Assembly (NCBI GenBank): GCA_963818475.1
Contig: CAWFSF010000006.1
Coordinates: 1,824,001-1,888,000, forward strand
Reading direction: 5' to 3'
Length of the DNA: 64,000 nucleotides
Source: Nitrospirota bacterium
GTDB lineage: Bacteria; Nitrospirota; UBA9217
Shown here: positions 30,644 to 41,834 of the stretch, one piece after another
Layout of the letters: each line of letters begins with the position of its first letter
Numbering within the stretch: the stretch's first letter is position 1
Notes under the pieces: generated by a model
The model's database searches: none
Seen by the model: the letters and a program-made list of their open reading frames with translations, nothing else
What the model was told of the DNA's origin: nothing
Made by a program: the position numbers and the translations under genes

Positions 30644-31744
30644 TCAGGAACGGAGGATCTCCCGGAGGGCTTTCAAGAGACGCCGATTCTGCCACCAAGT
30701 CCGAACAGCGATCCTGATATAACGGTTATCGAGGCCGGGAAAGGAGGAACAGTCCCGGACCAGCAGGCCCCGCCTGCCGAGCCTGTCCGTGAGCAGCTGC
30801 GAATCGATCCCGGTGAGCTTGAGAAGAATATAATTTGCCGAGCTCGGAAAGGGTTCAACTTCTCCGATGAGGCGCAGGCTGGAGAGGAGACGGTCGCGTT
30901 CCCTGGCGATGTAACGGCGGGTCTTTGTTGCATAGCCCCAGTCGGTCAACGCTGCAATGGCCGCCCGCTCGGACGGGTAGTCTATGGTCCAGGGTTCCTG
31001 ACCACGGCGGAGCCGCCGGGCGGTCCCGGCCTCAGCGATCGCATAGCCGACCCGCAGACCGGGCATGCCATAGAACTTGGTAAACGCGCGGAGCACGATC
31101 AGGTTGGACGACTGCACCGCGTCCTTGGCCATGGAATGGTCATCCACAAAATCCATGAAAGCTTCGTCCACCACAAGACGCACGCCGTTCTCGCACGACA
31201 ATTTAAGGATCTCAAGCATTTCGGTTTTCGTGGTGAGCGCGCCGGTGGGATTATTGGGGTTGCAGAGAAAAACCATATCCACGCCCTTGAGCGCGAAGGA
31301 GAGGTCGAGGGGATCAACACGATAACCGTTCTGTTCCTGCAGCAGCAACGGTACGACTTCGCCACCGGCAGCCTCGACCGCTGAAGCATATTCAGAAAAG
31401 GTCGGCATCGGGATCAGGACCTTTTTCGGCTTGAACACGCGCGGGATAAGGTGGATCAGCGCGTTCGATCCGTTCCCGCAGACGACCTGTTCTGACTTGA
31501 TGCCGTAATAGCGGGCGATCGCGGCCCGGAGGTCGGACATGTCCGGATCGGGATAGCGGTCAATGCGGTCGATCGCCTTCCGGGCCGCACGCCTGGCCGC
31601 AGGCGACGGCCCCAGCGGGTTGATGCTGGAACTGAAATCGACAACGGTCTTTTCCGCTATGCCGTAGCGCTGAACCGCCTCGCGGATGTTCCCGCCATGG
31701 GTCCTCGGATTTTGCTGTTTCTGTGCTCCCTGCATCATTCCCAT
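30644..31744 (-). CDS. cobD: L-threonine-O-3-phosphate decarboxylase (CobD/CobC; HisC-like PLP enzyme)
   Basis: HGGN, DFSSSINPLG, GNGS, CNPNNPTG, VDEAFMDF, FTKFYGMPGLRVGY. Confidence 0.85.
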   Translation of the reverse strand: MGMMQGAQKQQNPRTHGGNIREAVQRYGIAEKTVVDFSSSINPLGPSPAARRAARKAIDRIDRYPDPDMSDLRAAIARYYGIKSEQVVCGNGSNALIHLIPRVFKPKKVLIPMPTFSEYASAVEAAGGEVVPLLLQEQNGYRVDPLDLSFALKGVDMVFLCNPNNPTGALTTKTEMLEILKLSCENGVRLVVDEAFMDFVDDHSMAKDAVQSSNLIVLRAFTKFYGMPGLRVGYAIAEAGTARRLRRGQEPWTIDYPSERAAIAALTDWGYATKTRRYIARERDRLLSSLRLIGEVEPFPSSANYILLKLTGIDSQLLTDRLGRRGLLVRDCSSFPGLDNRYIRIAVRTWWQNRRLLKALREILRS

Positions 31745-31828
31745 TACATCACATTCCCTGTTCTGCAATGCCAGCTCCATTTCAATTTCGGATTTCGAAT
31801 GGAACCGTCGAGCATGATTACCGTACTG

Positions 31829-33585
31829 CTACAGCTCCGCCGCAAGATCCGGGAAACGCTCCTCCATGAACCGTACGGCGGTCTGCCGGGACCGTTCCGC
31901 TGTCGGTTGGGCGATCACCAGCGCATGCCAGCTCAAGTGCGTCCTGCATGCGCACCGATCTGATCACTTTTTTTACCCAGGGAATCGATGCCACGTTCAT
32001 GCTGAGCACGGTGAAGCCCATGCCGATCAGGATCGCCGCATAGAGCGGGTCTCCTGCCATCTCCCCGCACATGGCCAGGGGGATGTTCGCCTCGCGGGCC
32101 GCGTCGGACACCTTCTGGAGCAGGCGCAGAACGGCCGGGTCGAGCGGCTCGTACATATAGGCAACGTGCTCGTTCTGACGGTCGATGGCCAGCGTATACT
32201 GGATCAGGTCGTTGGTGCCGACGCTGAAGAAATCGACCTCGGCAGCGAGCAGATCGGCGATCAGCGCCGCAGAGGGGATCTCGATCATCACGCCGATCGG
32301 CATGTTCTCGTTAAAAGCCTTGCCCTCCGCACGCAGCTCCGCTTTCACGTCTGCGAGAATGGCCTTGGTCGCATACAGTTCGGGAAGGCCGGAGATCATG
32401 GGGTACAGGATCTTTATATTCCCGTGGGCCGACGCCCGGAGGATGCCTTTGAGCTGGACCCTGAAAATGTCCTGTTTCTTGAGGCTGAACCGGATCGCCC
32501 GCAGTCCCAGGGCGGGGTTCGATTCTTGTTCAAAACCCGTGGAGATCGCTATCTTGTCACCGCCGAGATCGAAGGTGCGGACCACGACCTCCTGGGGAAG
32601 CGGCGCGTTCCGCAACCTGACGATAAGCCACATAGTGCTCTTCTTCCGTCGGCAGTGTCGAACGGTTCATGAACAGAAACTCGGTCCGGTACAGGCCGAT
32701 GCCGTGGCCGCCGTGGTCTGCAACGGATGCGACCTCCTCGGGCAGTTCAATGTTCCCCTCAAGCAGCACGACCTGGCCATCGAGGGTCTCAGCCGGCAGG
32801 TCCTTGATGCTCTCAAGCTCCTGCTCGAAGTATTTATAGCGCCGTTGTTTCTTAAGATAGTCGAGGAAGGTTTCTTCGTCGGGATCAATGATGACCACGC
32901 CGTGGATGCCGTCCAGGATCACGACATCGCCGGTCTTGACCGCCGCCGTGATGTTCTCGAGACCCACGGCAGCAGGGATCCCCATGGAACGTGCAAGGAT
33001 CGCCGTGTGCGAGGTCCGGCTCCCGGCATCGGTAGCGAACCCCAGGATCTTGTCCTTGCGCATCATGAGGGTGTCCGAAGGGGCCAGATCATGCGCAATG
33101 ATCACGGCCTCACCCTTGATATCGGCCAGACTCTCCTGCTTGTGGCCCACAAGGTTCCGCAGGATGCGCTCGCCGACCTGCTCCACATCGTGTTTGCGCT
33201 CGCGCAGATACTCATCCTCGATCGTATCGAACTTGAGGCTGATCGCCTCGATCGTCTCTTTCAGCGCCCCTTCGGCATTCAGACGGGTTTCCTTGATGCG
33301 CTTGACCGTGCCGTCAACGAGCATCTTGTCCTCGAGCAGCATGATATGCGTGTCGAGGATATAGAGATGGGACTTTCCTATCCCCTTGGTAAGACGCTTT
33401 TTCAGGTCCTCAAGCTGGCTTTTCGAAAGCTCCACCGCCCGCTTGAAGCGCGCCACCTCATCCTTGACGCTGACTTCCTCGATCCGCTGCCCGGCCACCA
33501 CCACTTTGCGCCGATCGAGAAGATATGCGCGCCCGATCACAATGCCCGGTGAGGCCATGATGCCTCTGAACACTTTCTCGTGCAT
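31829..33585 (-). CDS. ptsI: PTS enzyme I (frameshifts ~32605 and near the C-terminus)
   Basis: SHTAILAR, GIGLYRTEF, RTFDLGGDK, NPALGLRAIR, GTNDLIQY, CGEMAG. Confidence 0.96.
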
Positions 33586-33639
33586 TACCGATTTCCTGTC
33601 TTCCCGGCCCGACGGTTCCCTTTTTCATTTTCTGCGCCT

Positions 33640-33909
33640 TTATTCCTTTTCGCCGAACTTGTCCTTAAACAGCTGTTCGAGCCCCAAGAGCGCCCGCTCT
33701 TCATCGTCACCGTGCACTTCAACGACGACGCTGCTTCCTTTTCCGGCAGCAAGCATCATGATCCCCATGATGCTTTTCCCGTCAACGTCGAGGCCATCCT
33801 TGGTCAACGTTATTTTGGAAGCATAAGCGCTTGCCGATTTTACGATCTGGGCAGCGGCACGCGCATGCAGGCCGAGCCTGTTCTCGATCATCAATTCCTT
33901 CTTTTTCAT
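33640..33909 (-). CDS. ptsH: HPr phosphocarrier protein
   Basis: GLHARAA (His15), KSIMG (Ser46). Confidence 0.96.
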   Translation of the reverse strand: MKKKELMIENRLGLHARAAAQIVKSASAYASKITLTKDGLDVDGKSIMGIMMLAAGKGSSVVVEVHGDDEERALLGLEQLFKDKFGEKE

Positions 33910-34694
33910 CAAACCACTCCTGCATATGCAAGGGCAAGGCAGAACACGGCCAGGCCGAGCATGAGTTTTATGGGAGAGCCGCCTCTCCGCAGAACAGCAA
34001 CGAGGACCAGGGTGCTTGTCAGCGCAGCAACGGCGACAACCGGTCCGGGCAGCGGCAGGTTGGCGCCGAACTCCGGCCGCCAGCCGGAGGCAGTGGCGAG
34101 GACCCCTCCCAGGACCGCAAGGGAGATCGCTTTGAACAGCCGTGTCATCCTCGTAAAACGGTACCGTTCCATCAGTGCCATGGCGTCGCCGCTGCTGTGA
34201 TATCCTCTGAACAACACGCTCAGCCTGAGCCCCACGTGCCAGAGGTTATAGAGCACCAGGAAAAGGATCGGCGCCCACCAGATCCCGACCATGACCAGTG
34301 CCACGGCGATCACGGCTGCCAGCGGCTTCAGCGCACCCCAGAAAAAACTGTCTCCCAGCGCTCCCAGCGGCGCCATCAATGCGGCTTTCAGCCCGGCGGT
34401 ATCGCTGGCCGCTGAAGCACGCCCCGCCGCCCGCTCCTCTTCCAGCCTCACGACCGCGCCGAGAATGAACGCCGCGAGATAGGGCTGGGTGTTGAAATAC
34501 TCCATGTGCAGCCGCAGCCTCGCCTCGAACTCTGCGCGGTCAGGATAGAGCTTCTTCAGAACCGGCGCCAGGGAGTAGGAAAAACCGAGCGCCTGCATCC
34601 CGTCGTAGCTCCATGACGCCTGGATCAGCAACGACCGCCAGAATACCGTGAGCAGATCGCCGGTCCCGATGGAACGCTTATAGTCGATGTTCAC
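33909..34694 (-). CDS. manZ: Mannose-family PTS IID component
   Basis: QASWSYDGMQ, YFNTQP, PLGALGDSFFW. Confidence 0.9.
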   Translation of the reverse strand: MNIDYKRSIGTGDLLTVFWRSLLIQASWSYDGMQALGFSYSLAPVLKKLYPDRAEFEARLRLHMEYFNTQPYLAAFILGAVVRLEEERAAGRASAASDTAGLKAALMAPLGALGDSFFWGALKPLAAVIAVALVMVGIWWAPILFLVLYNLWHVGLRLSVLFRGYHSSGDAMALMERYRFTRMTRLFKAISLAVLGGVLATASGWRPEFGANLPLPGPVVAVAALTSTLVLVAVLRRGGSPIKLMLGLAVFCLALAYAGVV

Positions 34695-35451
34695 GGTATC
34701 GCACTCCCAGCCAGCCCGACACTGCCGTCAGCAGCGTGATAATCAGCGAATGAATATGAAGCACCAGCGTTGCCAAACCTGCCGTAATAAAGCCCATGAG
34801 CAAAAAAGGGTCCAGGGAACTGATCGACAGCCGGCGCACGACAAGAGCAGCGCCGAGCAGCGGAAGGAGCTTCAGGAACAGTTCCATGGCGATCTGAACC
34901 GTGGCAGGCGTCCGCATAAAAAGGGCTGCCGCAACAAGTCCTGCCGGCAGGAGCAGAACATAGAGAAGCACTGATTTCAGAAAGAATGTGCAGAGCCCCG
35001 TCAGGTGCGCCCGGGAAAGGCTGCGCGCGGCGTCGGCGCCGGCATGCGCCGCATCAACAAGCCGGGAATTCCAGCTCCGCACGTAGGCATCAGCCATCAT
35101 GGTGAACGGCACCGTACCCACGCTCAGAAGAATACTGAATCCGATGATCGAACGGGGCGCCCCGCCGGGGCACGTCAGGGCCGCTACTGCCGTCGCTGTT
35201 ACGGCGCTGACCGTCGCATCAGCCGGTACAAAGCTGCCGACCGGCATATCGAGCACCCATATGAGCTCAAGCATGGCGCCGATGATCAGCCCGGCGGCGG
35301 CATCCCCAAGGAGCCACCCGGCGAGCGGCGCGGCAACAATAGGCTGCGAGATCATGAACTGCCCTGCTGCGGTCCTGTCGAGGCCGATAAGACCGCCGAC
35401 AAGGGCAACGCCGGTTATGGCAAGCACCATATGAAGATCGAACATCGCCAT
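34678..35451 (-). CDS. manY: Mannose-family PTS IIC component
   Basis: LD...QFMISQPIV, GAMLELIW, VGSFVP.D. Confidence 0.88.
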   Translation of the reverse strand: MAMFDLHMVLAITGVALVGGLIGLDRTAAGQFMISQPIVAAPLAGWLLGDAAAGLIIGAMLELIWVLDMPVGSFVPADATVSAVTATAVAALTCPGGAPRSIIGFSILLSVGTVPFTMMADAYVRSWNSRLVDAAHAGADAARSLSRAHLTGLCTFFLKSVLLYVLLLPAGLVAAALFMRTPATVQIAMELFLKLLPLLGAALVVRRLSISSLDPFLLMGFITAGLATLVLHIHSLIITLLTAVSGWLGVRYREHRL

Positions 35452-35504
35452 CCTTATCAAGAAACGGTCAAAGCGCCTGCCCCATCATGCTATAAAAGAC
35501 GGTT

Positions 35505-35635
35505 AGCCGCATAAAGCACATAAATCACATAGACAAAACAATAAGTGGAAACGATTAAAGTTGTCACCAAATCGGTAAAGGATTCCAAAAACACCTACGT
35601 TTGATTTTTTTGAGCATTCTGTGCATTTTGTGGCT
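35505..35635. repeat. Inverted 9-bp-period array element between PTS IIB and IIC
   Basis: agccgcataaagcacataaatcacata ... tgagcattctgtgcattttgtggct. Confidence 0.72.
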
Positions 35636-35680
35636 CAACTGCTCGATCTAAGATTATTCCTTCGTCAGTTATCCCATCCT

Positions 35681-36166
35681 TCAGCTCAGGCTGCCGGCCT
35701 CGAACACCTTGGCGAGCTGCAGCGGTTTTTCGTTCGGCACTGACTGGATGCAGACCGTGATGCCGCGGGCCATGATAGCCCGGAGAGACGCGATATCGGC
35801 ATCGTCCACGGAAAGGACATCCCGGAGCCTGCGCTTCCCGGGAACATAGTGCATCCCTCCCAGATTGATCGTCTGGCACAGCAGGCCGTACTTAAGCGCC
35901 TGCAGAACATCCGTCGGATTAGAGAACAGCAGGATCGCCCGCTCGTTTTTTCCCGCAGCACGTATCTGGCTGCAGATTTCTTCGACGCCGCCGATCGTGA
36001 CCGTGAGCCCCTGCGGCACGGCAATCTCCATGATTGAGCGTTGAAGCGCATTGGCCGCTACGCGGTCGTCGGCAACGAGGATCCGGGTCGCCTTCAGGTA
36101 GTGAACCCACCCTTCTACGACCTGGCCGTGGATCAGACGATCGTCTATGCGGACGAAGAGCACCAT
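35681..36166 (-). CDS. Mannose/sorbose-family PTS IIB component
   Basis: RIDDRLIHGQV, INLGGM. Confidence 0.93.
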   Translation of the reverse strand: MVLFVRIDDRLIHGQVVEGWVHYLKATRILVADDRVAANALQRSIMEIAVPQGLTVTIGGVEEICSQIRAAGKNERAILLFSNPTDVLQALKYGLLCQTINLGGMHYVPGKRRLRDVLSVDDADIASLRAIMARGITVCIQSVPNEKPLQLAKVFEAGSLS

Positions 36167-36172
36167 GACCTG

Positions 36173-36574
36173 CTACTTTTTCCCCTTCAGCATCTGGCTC
36201 GCGATCACCACGCTTTTCTGCGCCGCCTCCTGAACGAGCCTGGCCAGCTCGGCCAGCGGTTTTTCGTCGCGGTGATTGGCGAACTTGATCATCATCGAAA
36301 GATTGACCCCGGTAACCACCTCGACCGTGTCGCCCAGGAATGCCAGGGCGATATTGGAAGGCGTGCCGCCGAACATATCGGTAAAGAGCATGACGCCTTT
36401 TTTCCCGTCAACTTTTTTGATCGCGCCCTCGATCTCCGCCCGGAGCATTTCGGGCGCACTGTCCTGCTTCACACTGACCGTTGCCACTGCCCCAATTTTC
36501 CCCACGATCATTTCAGCGGCCTTCACCAGCTCTACGCCCATATCCTCATGACATACCACCACCAGTCCGACCAT
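36173..36574 (-). CDS. Mannose-family PTS IIA component
   Basis: VVVCHE, TDMFGGTPSN, TGVNLSM. Confidence 0.93.
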   Translation of the reverse strand: MVGLVVVCHEDMGVELVKAAEMIVGKIGAVATVSVKQDSAPEMLRAEIEGAIKKVDGKKGVMLFTDMFGGTPSNIALAFLGDTVEVVTGVNLSMMIKFANHRDEKPLAELARLVQEAAQKSVVIASQMLKGKK

Positions 36575-36627
36575 GTTCACCTCTCCTTTCAACCGCGGTG
36601 CTCAATAGCGACGCCGCGATCGATCAA

Positions 36628-37491
36628 CTATGCGCCGATATCGCGATGTTTCACGGTGACATCGTATCCTTGCTGCCGGAGCTGTTCCGCCACCAGCAGC
36701 GACAGGGTGACGGAACGGTGTCTGCCGCCGGTACAGCCGAACCCGATCGTAAGATAGCTTTTCCCTTCGCTTTTATAGCGCGGCAACAGATACGTGAGGA
36801 ACCCCAGGAGCCGGGAGAGAAACTCCTCGGAACCCGGCTGCTCCATAACATAGGCCCGCACCCCCGCATCCTCGCCCGTATGGGGCCGCAGTTCGGGAAT
36901 AAAATGGGGATTGGGAAGAAAGCGCAGGTCAAACATCAGGTCGAGGTCAAAGGGAACCCCGAACTTGTACCCGAAGGTGACGATGGTGATCACCATCGGA
37001 CGGCCGGCAGTGCCCTCGGCATACAGCCGCTCAACGGCCTGCCGCAGGTCATGGACCGTATAGTCCGAAGTGTCGATGACACGGTCGGCAAGCTTCCTGA
37101 CCTCGCCCAGTTCCGACCGCTCCCTCCTGATGCCGTCGATGAGCGGCGTAACGCCCCGCGCCAGTGGATGAGGCCGCCGCGTCTCGCTGAAGCGACGCAC
37201 CAGCGTCTGGTTCGAAGCATCCAGGAACAGCATTTCTATGGCACGGCCGCCTGCACGCAGTTCCGCGAACAGCGCCGGGAACCTGCTGGGGAAATCCTTT
37301 TCCCTGACATCAATGCCGATGGCGGACAGGTAGGCATCCTCCGTGCTCCGGGAAAAATCGGCGAATGCCGTCAGCAAGGACAGGGGAAGGTTGTCGACAC
37401 AATAATATCCCATGTCCTCGAACGCCTTCAATGCGGCGCTTCGCCCCGAACCGGAGAGACCCGTCACCACGACCATGCGCATCTGCGTCAT
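36628..37491 (-). CDS. rapZ: RNase adapter RapZ/YvcJ
   Basis: GLSGSGRS, CVDNLP, RRFSETRRPHPL, FGYKFG, GCTGGRHRSV. Confidence 0.95.
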   Translation of the reverse strand: MTQMRMVVVTGLSGSGRSAALKAFEDMGYYCVDNLPLSLLTAFADFSRSTEDAYLSAIGIDVREKDFPSRFPALFAELRAGGRAIEMLFLDASNQTLVRRFSETRRPHPLARGVTPLIDGIRRERSELGEVRKLADRVIDTSDYTVHDLRQAVERLYAEGTAGRPMVITIVTFGYKFGVPFDLDLMFDLRFLPNPHFIPELRPHTGEDAGVRAYVMEQPGSEEFLSRLLGFLTYLLPRYKSEGKSYLTIGFGCTGGRHRSVTLSLLVAEQLRQQGYDVTVKHRDIGA

Positions 37492-38372
37492 CCCGCCAGC
37501 CTCTTTTTCAATGCTCTGTCAAGCTCACGCGCCGTGAATATACCGCGGTTCTTCAGCATCTGGTTCCGTGCGGCCACTTCAATAAGCGTAGCCATGTTCC
37601 TGCCGGGTTTGACCGGCAGCTTCAGGTAGGGAACATTCAAACCAAGGATCCGGTACCGGCGTTCGCGCAGGCCCACAAGGCTGTAGTGATGCCCCTCTTT
37701 CCACTCTTCCAGCTCCACCACCAGCCCGACCCGGCAGGACGGCACGGTGGCCGACTCGCCGTAGAGCGCCCGGACATTGATGATGCCCAGACCCCTGATC
37801 TGCAGCAGGTCCTCGCCCATCTCCGGCGCCCTGCCCTCAATCGTACCATCGACCCGGTCAAGGAGCACCAGGTCATCTGCAGCGAGCTTATGCCCCCGCA
37901 GGACAAGATCGAGGGCCGCTTCGCTCTTGCCGATGGCGCTTTCGCCGATGAGCAGGGTACCGAGACCGAAGATCTGGACCAGGACGCCGTGAAGGCTCAC
38001 ACGCTGCATCAGTTTGCGGGAAAGGAGGTGGGCCAGCTTTTGCAGGTCTCTGCTCATGAACACCGGGACACCGGCATGTTCGGCGCCGGCCAGAAGCTCC
38101 GGGCAGGAAGCGCCTCCGGTCAGCACGATGCCAGCCGGTCGCTGCCGCATCAGGGTCCGGACAAGCCGCGTCCGTTCGAGCTTCGGCAGTGAACACAGGA
38201 AGGCGGACTGACTCGGAGGAAGGTGAAGAAGGCTCGACGCCATCCCCTTCACGGTCGAGATCGAAGAGAGTACGGGACTGAGGACCTGCGGAGACGTTAC
38301 TTCCCGGTCGAGCCCGCAGCTCCCAGCGAGCACTTTTGACCGTCCCACCAGGTTTTTAACCGTGATCGTCAT
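37488..38372 (-). CDS. hprK: HPr kinase/phosphorylase
   Basis: HGVLV, GESAIGKSE, ADD, IRGLGII, PVKPGRN. Confidence 0.93.
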   Translation of the reverse strand: MTITVKNLVGRSKVLAGSCGLDREVTSPQVLSPVLSSISTVKGMASSLLHLPPSQSAFLCSLPKLERTRLVRTLMRQRPAGIVLTGGASCPELLAGAEHAGVPVFMSRDLQKLAHLLSRKLMQRVSLHGVLVQIFGLGTLLIGESAIGKSEAALDLVLRGHKLAADDLVLLDRVDGTIEGRAPEMGEDLLQIRGLGIINVRALYGESATVPSCRVGLVVELEEWKEGHHYSLVGLRERRYRILGLNVPYLKLPVKPGRNMATLIEVAARNQMLKNRGIFTARELDRALKKRLAG

Positions 38373-38839
38373 TTTTGCGGGTACTTGCTGTCCTCTTCAA
38401 GGATCAGTTGATGCAGCTCCCGGCCGTCGGCGGTACGCAGCTTCTCACGCAAGGCCGGATTCTTGAGAATACGTGATATGCGAGCCAGCATTTTCAGATG
38501 CTCTCCCGGACTGTTGTCCGGCGTGATCAGCAGAAAGAAAAGGTATGCTGGCTTGTCATCCAGCGACTGATAGTCAACACCCCGGTGCGACCTTCCGAAA
38601 GCAACGACAATACCATCCATATCATGCAGTTTGCCGTGCGGGATGGCCACGCCATCGCCGATTCCCGTGCTGCCCATCGATTCGCGTTCCATAAGCACGC
38701 GCGCCAGTTCGTCGGCATCACGTACCTTGCCGGTGGCGGACACCTGAGCTGCAAATTCACGGATCACCCCAGCCTTGTCAATGGCCTTGATGTCCGCGAT
38801 TATCAGGTCTCCTCGCAGAAGATCCTTCAGTGTGGCCAT
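38369..38839 (-). CDS. ptsN: PTS IIA(Ntr)
   Basis: RESMGSTGIGDGVAIPHGK. Confidence 0.93.
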   Translation of the reverse strand: MATLKDLLRGDLIIADIKAIDKAGVIREFAAQVSATGKVRDADELARVLMERESMGSTGIGDGVAIPHGKLHDMDGIVVAFGRSHRGVDYQSLDDKPAYLFFLLITPDNSPGEHLKMLARISRILKNPALREKLRTADGRELHQLILEEDSKYPQK

Positions 38840-38847
38840 CGTTTCCT

Positions 38848-39369
38848 CTACACAGCAGGTTCGATAAGCCCCACGTTGCCGTCCTTGCGACGGTAGATAA
38901 CGGTAATATGTCCGCTCGCTGCATTGGAGAACACAAAGAACTCCTTATCGAGCAGGTCCATCTGCATCACCGCTTCTTCAGCGTGCATGGGTTTCAGGTC
39001 GAACCGCTTCGTCTTGATGATCTGGGGGATCCGATCGTCGGGATGTGCAGCCTCAACAGGTTCCGTCTTGGTCTGATGCTTATGGTCGACCAGTTTTTCC
39101 TTGTATTTCCGGATCCGCTTCTCGAGCTTCTCGATAAGCAGGTCGATCGAGGAATACATTTCCTCGGTTTCTTCGTGGGCCTGAACCAGCAATCCATCGG
39201 TCTTGAGCATTGCTTCGGCAATGTGATGCACCTTTTTTACGACCGACAGCGTGACCGTAACCTGAATGTTCTTCGGCAAATATTTCTCGAGTTTACCGAA
39301 CTTGTCGACCGCATACTGTTTGAGCGCATCCGTAACGTCCATGTGTCTTCCAATAACCGTAATCTGCAT
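38848..39369 (-). CDS. hpf: Ribosome hibernation promoting factor (long HPF)
   Basis: MQITVIGRH, MYSSID, KPMHAEEAVMQM, YRRKDG. Confidence 0.93.
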   Translation of the reverse strand: MQITVIGRHMDVTDALKQYAVDKFGKLEKYLPKNIQVTVTLSVVKKVHHIAEAMLKTDGLLVQAHEETEEMYSSIDLLIEKLEKRIRKYKEKLVDHKHQTKTEPVEAAHPDDRIPQIIKTKRFDLKPMHAEEAVMQMDLLDKEFFVFSNAASGHITVIYRRKDGNVGLIEPAV

Positions 39370-39422
39370 ATGCTCCTCCTTCAAAAGGTGTGTGATCACA
39401 CCGGTAGTCTCTGGTACTGTTG

Positions 39423-40886
39423 TCAGCTGAGCCGCTTCCGCACACTGGTTGGCGGAATCCGGAGCTCTTCACGATATTTAGCCACGGTTCGTCGTGCGAT
39501 ATCGATGCCGCGGGCTTTCAGGACATCGACGATCTGCTGGTCCTTCAGCGGCGCAGCCGGATCCTCTTCCTTGACCATCTTCTGAATAACATCCTTGACC
39601 GTCAGGGACGAGACCTCTGCACCGGTGCCGTCTGCAAAGCCGGTGGTAAAGAAGAATTTCATCGGGAAGATGCCCTGCGGCGTATGCATATGTTTGCTGG
39701 TCGTCACCCGGCTGATCGTGGACTCATGCATGGCAATGTCCTCCGCCACGTCTTTGAGCACCATGGGCTTCAACTGCGAGATTCCCTGATCAAGGAACTC
39801 CAGCTGGAACTTCACGATGCTTTCCGCAACCTTATAGATGGTCTTGTTCCGCTGCTCCATACCCTTGATGAGCCATTGGGCCGACCGCATCCGGTCCTCG
39901 ATATACTCTTTGGTCACTTTGTCGACGCTCTCCTTGCGGCTCAAAAGCTTCCGATAGTACGGATTGATCCTGACCCGCGGCAGCCCTTCGTCGTTCAGCT
40001 GGATCACATAGTGGTCTTCGATCTTGAACACATAGACATCGGGTACAACGTAATGGGTATCGGCTGCGACATAGGGCCGCCCTGGTTTCGGATCCAGATC
40101 ATGAATGATGATCTGGGCTGCCTCCATCACATCCTGGGTCGTGATGTTGAGCACCTTCGCAATATTCTGATAACGCCGCTTCTCAAGGTCTTCCAGGTGG
40201 CCCTGAACGATCTTTTCGACGATCGTCCCCTGCAGATCAAGCTGCTGGATCTGGATCAGCAGGCACTCCTGGAGCGTCCGGGCCGCTATCCCCAGCGGGT
40301 CGAAGCTCTGAATGAGTTCCAGTGCATGCGCCAGGTCGACCGGTGAAACCCCGGACTGCTGGGCCAGTTCTTCGAGCGGAGAGCGGAGGTAACCGTCGTC
40401 GTCGAGATTGCCGATGATCCACTCACCGCCCTTGATCAGCGAAGGTTCAGAGGTCGAGAGTCGAAGCTGCCATATCAGGTGATCGCTTAATGACGGGAGG
40501 CGGGTGAGCGTCTGATCGTAGGACGGCAGTTCCTTGTCATCAGCCTCGGCATTGCCGTAGTCGCGGCCGTCGCTCATTTCATTCAAATACTCGTCCCACT
40601 GAGGGCCGAGTTCGAGATCGCTCTTCAGTTCGCCGGTCACTTCAGGCTCGGGCGCGCTGTCCGGCAGCTTTTCCTGCGTCCCCTCCGGAGCTGCGTCGCC
40701 TTCTGTTTCACCGGCCTCGTCCGCAGCTTCCGGCGGCAGCTCCTCGAGGACCGGATTCTCCATGAGCTCCTGAGACACCGATTGCTGCAACTCGAGCCGG
40801 GACAACTGCAACAGCTTGATGGCCTGCTGCAGCTGCGGCGTCATGATGAGTTTTTGGGAAAGTTTTAGTTCAAGCCGTGCTTCCAT
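39423..40886 (-). CDS. rpoN: RNA polymerase sigma-54 factor
   Basis: MTPQLQQAIKLLQL, HESTISR, ARRTVAKYRE (RpoN box). Confidence 0.98.
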   Translation of the reverse strand: MEARLELKLSQKLIMTPQLQQAIKLLQLSRLELQQSVSQELMENPVLEELPPEAADEAGETEGDAAPEGTQEKLPDSAPEPEVTGELKSDLELGPQWDEYLNEMSDGRDYGNAEADDKELPSYDQTLTRLPSLSDHLIWQLRLSTSEPSLIKGGEWIIGNLDDDGYLRSPLEELAQQSGVSPVDLAHALELIQSFDPLGIAARTLQECLLIQIQQLDLQGTIVEKIVQGHLEDLEKRRYQNIAKVLNITTQDVMEAAQIIIHDLDPKPGRPYVAADTHYVVPDVYVFKIEDHYVIQLNDEGLPRVRINPYYRKLLSRKESVDKVTKEYIEDRMRSAQWLIKGMEQRNKTIYKVAESIVKFQLEFLDQGISQLKPMVLKDVAEDIAMHESTISRVTTSKHMHTPQGIFPMKFFFTTGFADGTGAEVSSLTVKDVIQKMVKEEDPAAPLKDQQIVDVLKARGIDIARRTVAKYREELRIPPTSVRKRLS

Positions 40887-41096
40887 AGTTCAGATGCGAG
40901 ATCCGCACGCTCTCCCTTTCAACAAGAGTAACTAAAATACAATCCTTCTCAACCTGAGCAGCGGCCATCAACTTTCTTTACACTGAACGGCGCCTGTTCA
41001 GTCTGGAGAATCCAGATATTCCAAGGGATTAGATCAGCTGTTGATCCGCTATCTTTCAGGGTTAGCGTCCTGCTTGTGCCGGGAGCGTGCCAGATC

Positions 41097-41825
41097 CTAC
41101 AGTTTGAACGCTTCGCCCAGGTAGAACTGACGCACCCGCGGGCTTGCCATGATCTCGTCTGCGGTCCCTGCTTCAATGATCTTTCCGTCGTTGATGATAT
41201 AAGCACGGTCGGTAATGGCGAGCGTTTCACGGACATTATGATCGGTGATCAGAATACCAATCCCCTTGCTTTTCAACAGCGAGATGATCCCCTGGATATC
41301 CTGGACCGCCAGCGGATCGATGCCGGCAAAGGGCTCATCCAGCAGAATGAACTTCGGATCCAGGGTGAGCGCCCGGGCTATTTCCACCCGTCGCCGTTCT
41401 CCGCCGGAAAGCGTGTATGCCTTGCTGTCTGCCAGATGCGTAACTCCCAGTTCGTTCATCAGGCGGTCTCGGCGCTCATTCCGCTCCATCGCCGACAGGC
41501 CCAGCGTCTCGAGCACGGCGGTAAGGTTCTCGGCCACCGTCAGTTTTCTGAACACCGATGGTTCCTGGGGCAGGTACCCGATTCCCTTCCGTGCGCGCTG
41601 GTACATCGGCATCTGCGTGATGTCGGTTCCGTCCAGCACGACCCGGCCCTGGTCCGGCCTGACCAGGCCCACGACCATGTAGAAAGTCGTAGTCTTGCCT
41701 GCTCCATTCGGCCCGAGCAGACCCACGACCTCACCGTATCGCACCTGGAGGCTGACGCCTCTGACGATCTTCCTTCCCCGGTAGTCCTTCTCTAGTTTTT
41801 TCGCCTCGAGTGCCTGCATGATCAT
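41097..41825 (-). CDS. lptB: LPS export ABC ATPase
   Basis: [43 protein letters not shown]. Confidence 0.96.
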   Translation of the reverse strand: MIMQALEAKKLEKDYRGRKIVRGVSLQVRYGEVVGLLGPNGAGKTTTFYMVVGLVRPDQGRVVLDGTDITQMPMYQRARKGIGYLPQEPSVFRKLTVAENLTAVLETLGLSAMERNERRDRLMNELGVTHLADSKAYTLSGGERRRVEIARALTLDPKFILLDEPFAGIDPLAVQDIQGIISLLKSKGIGILITDHNVRETLAITDRAYIINDGKIIEAGTADEIMASPRVRQFYLGEAFKL

Positions 41826-41834
41826 TTCGACGGG

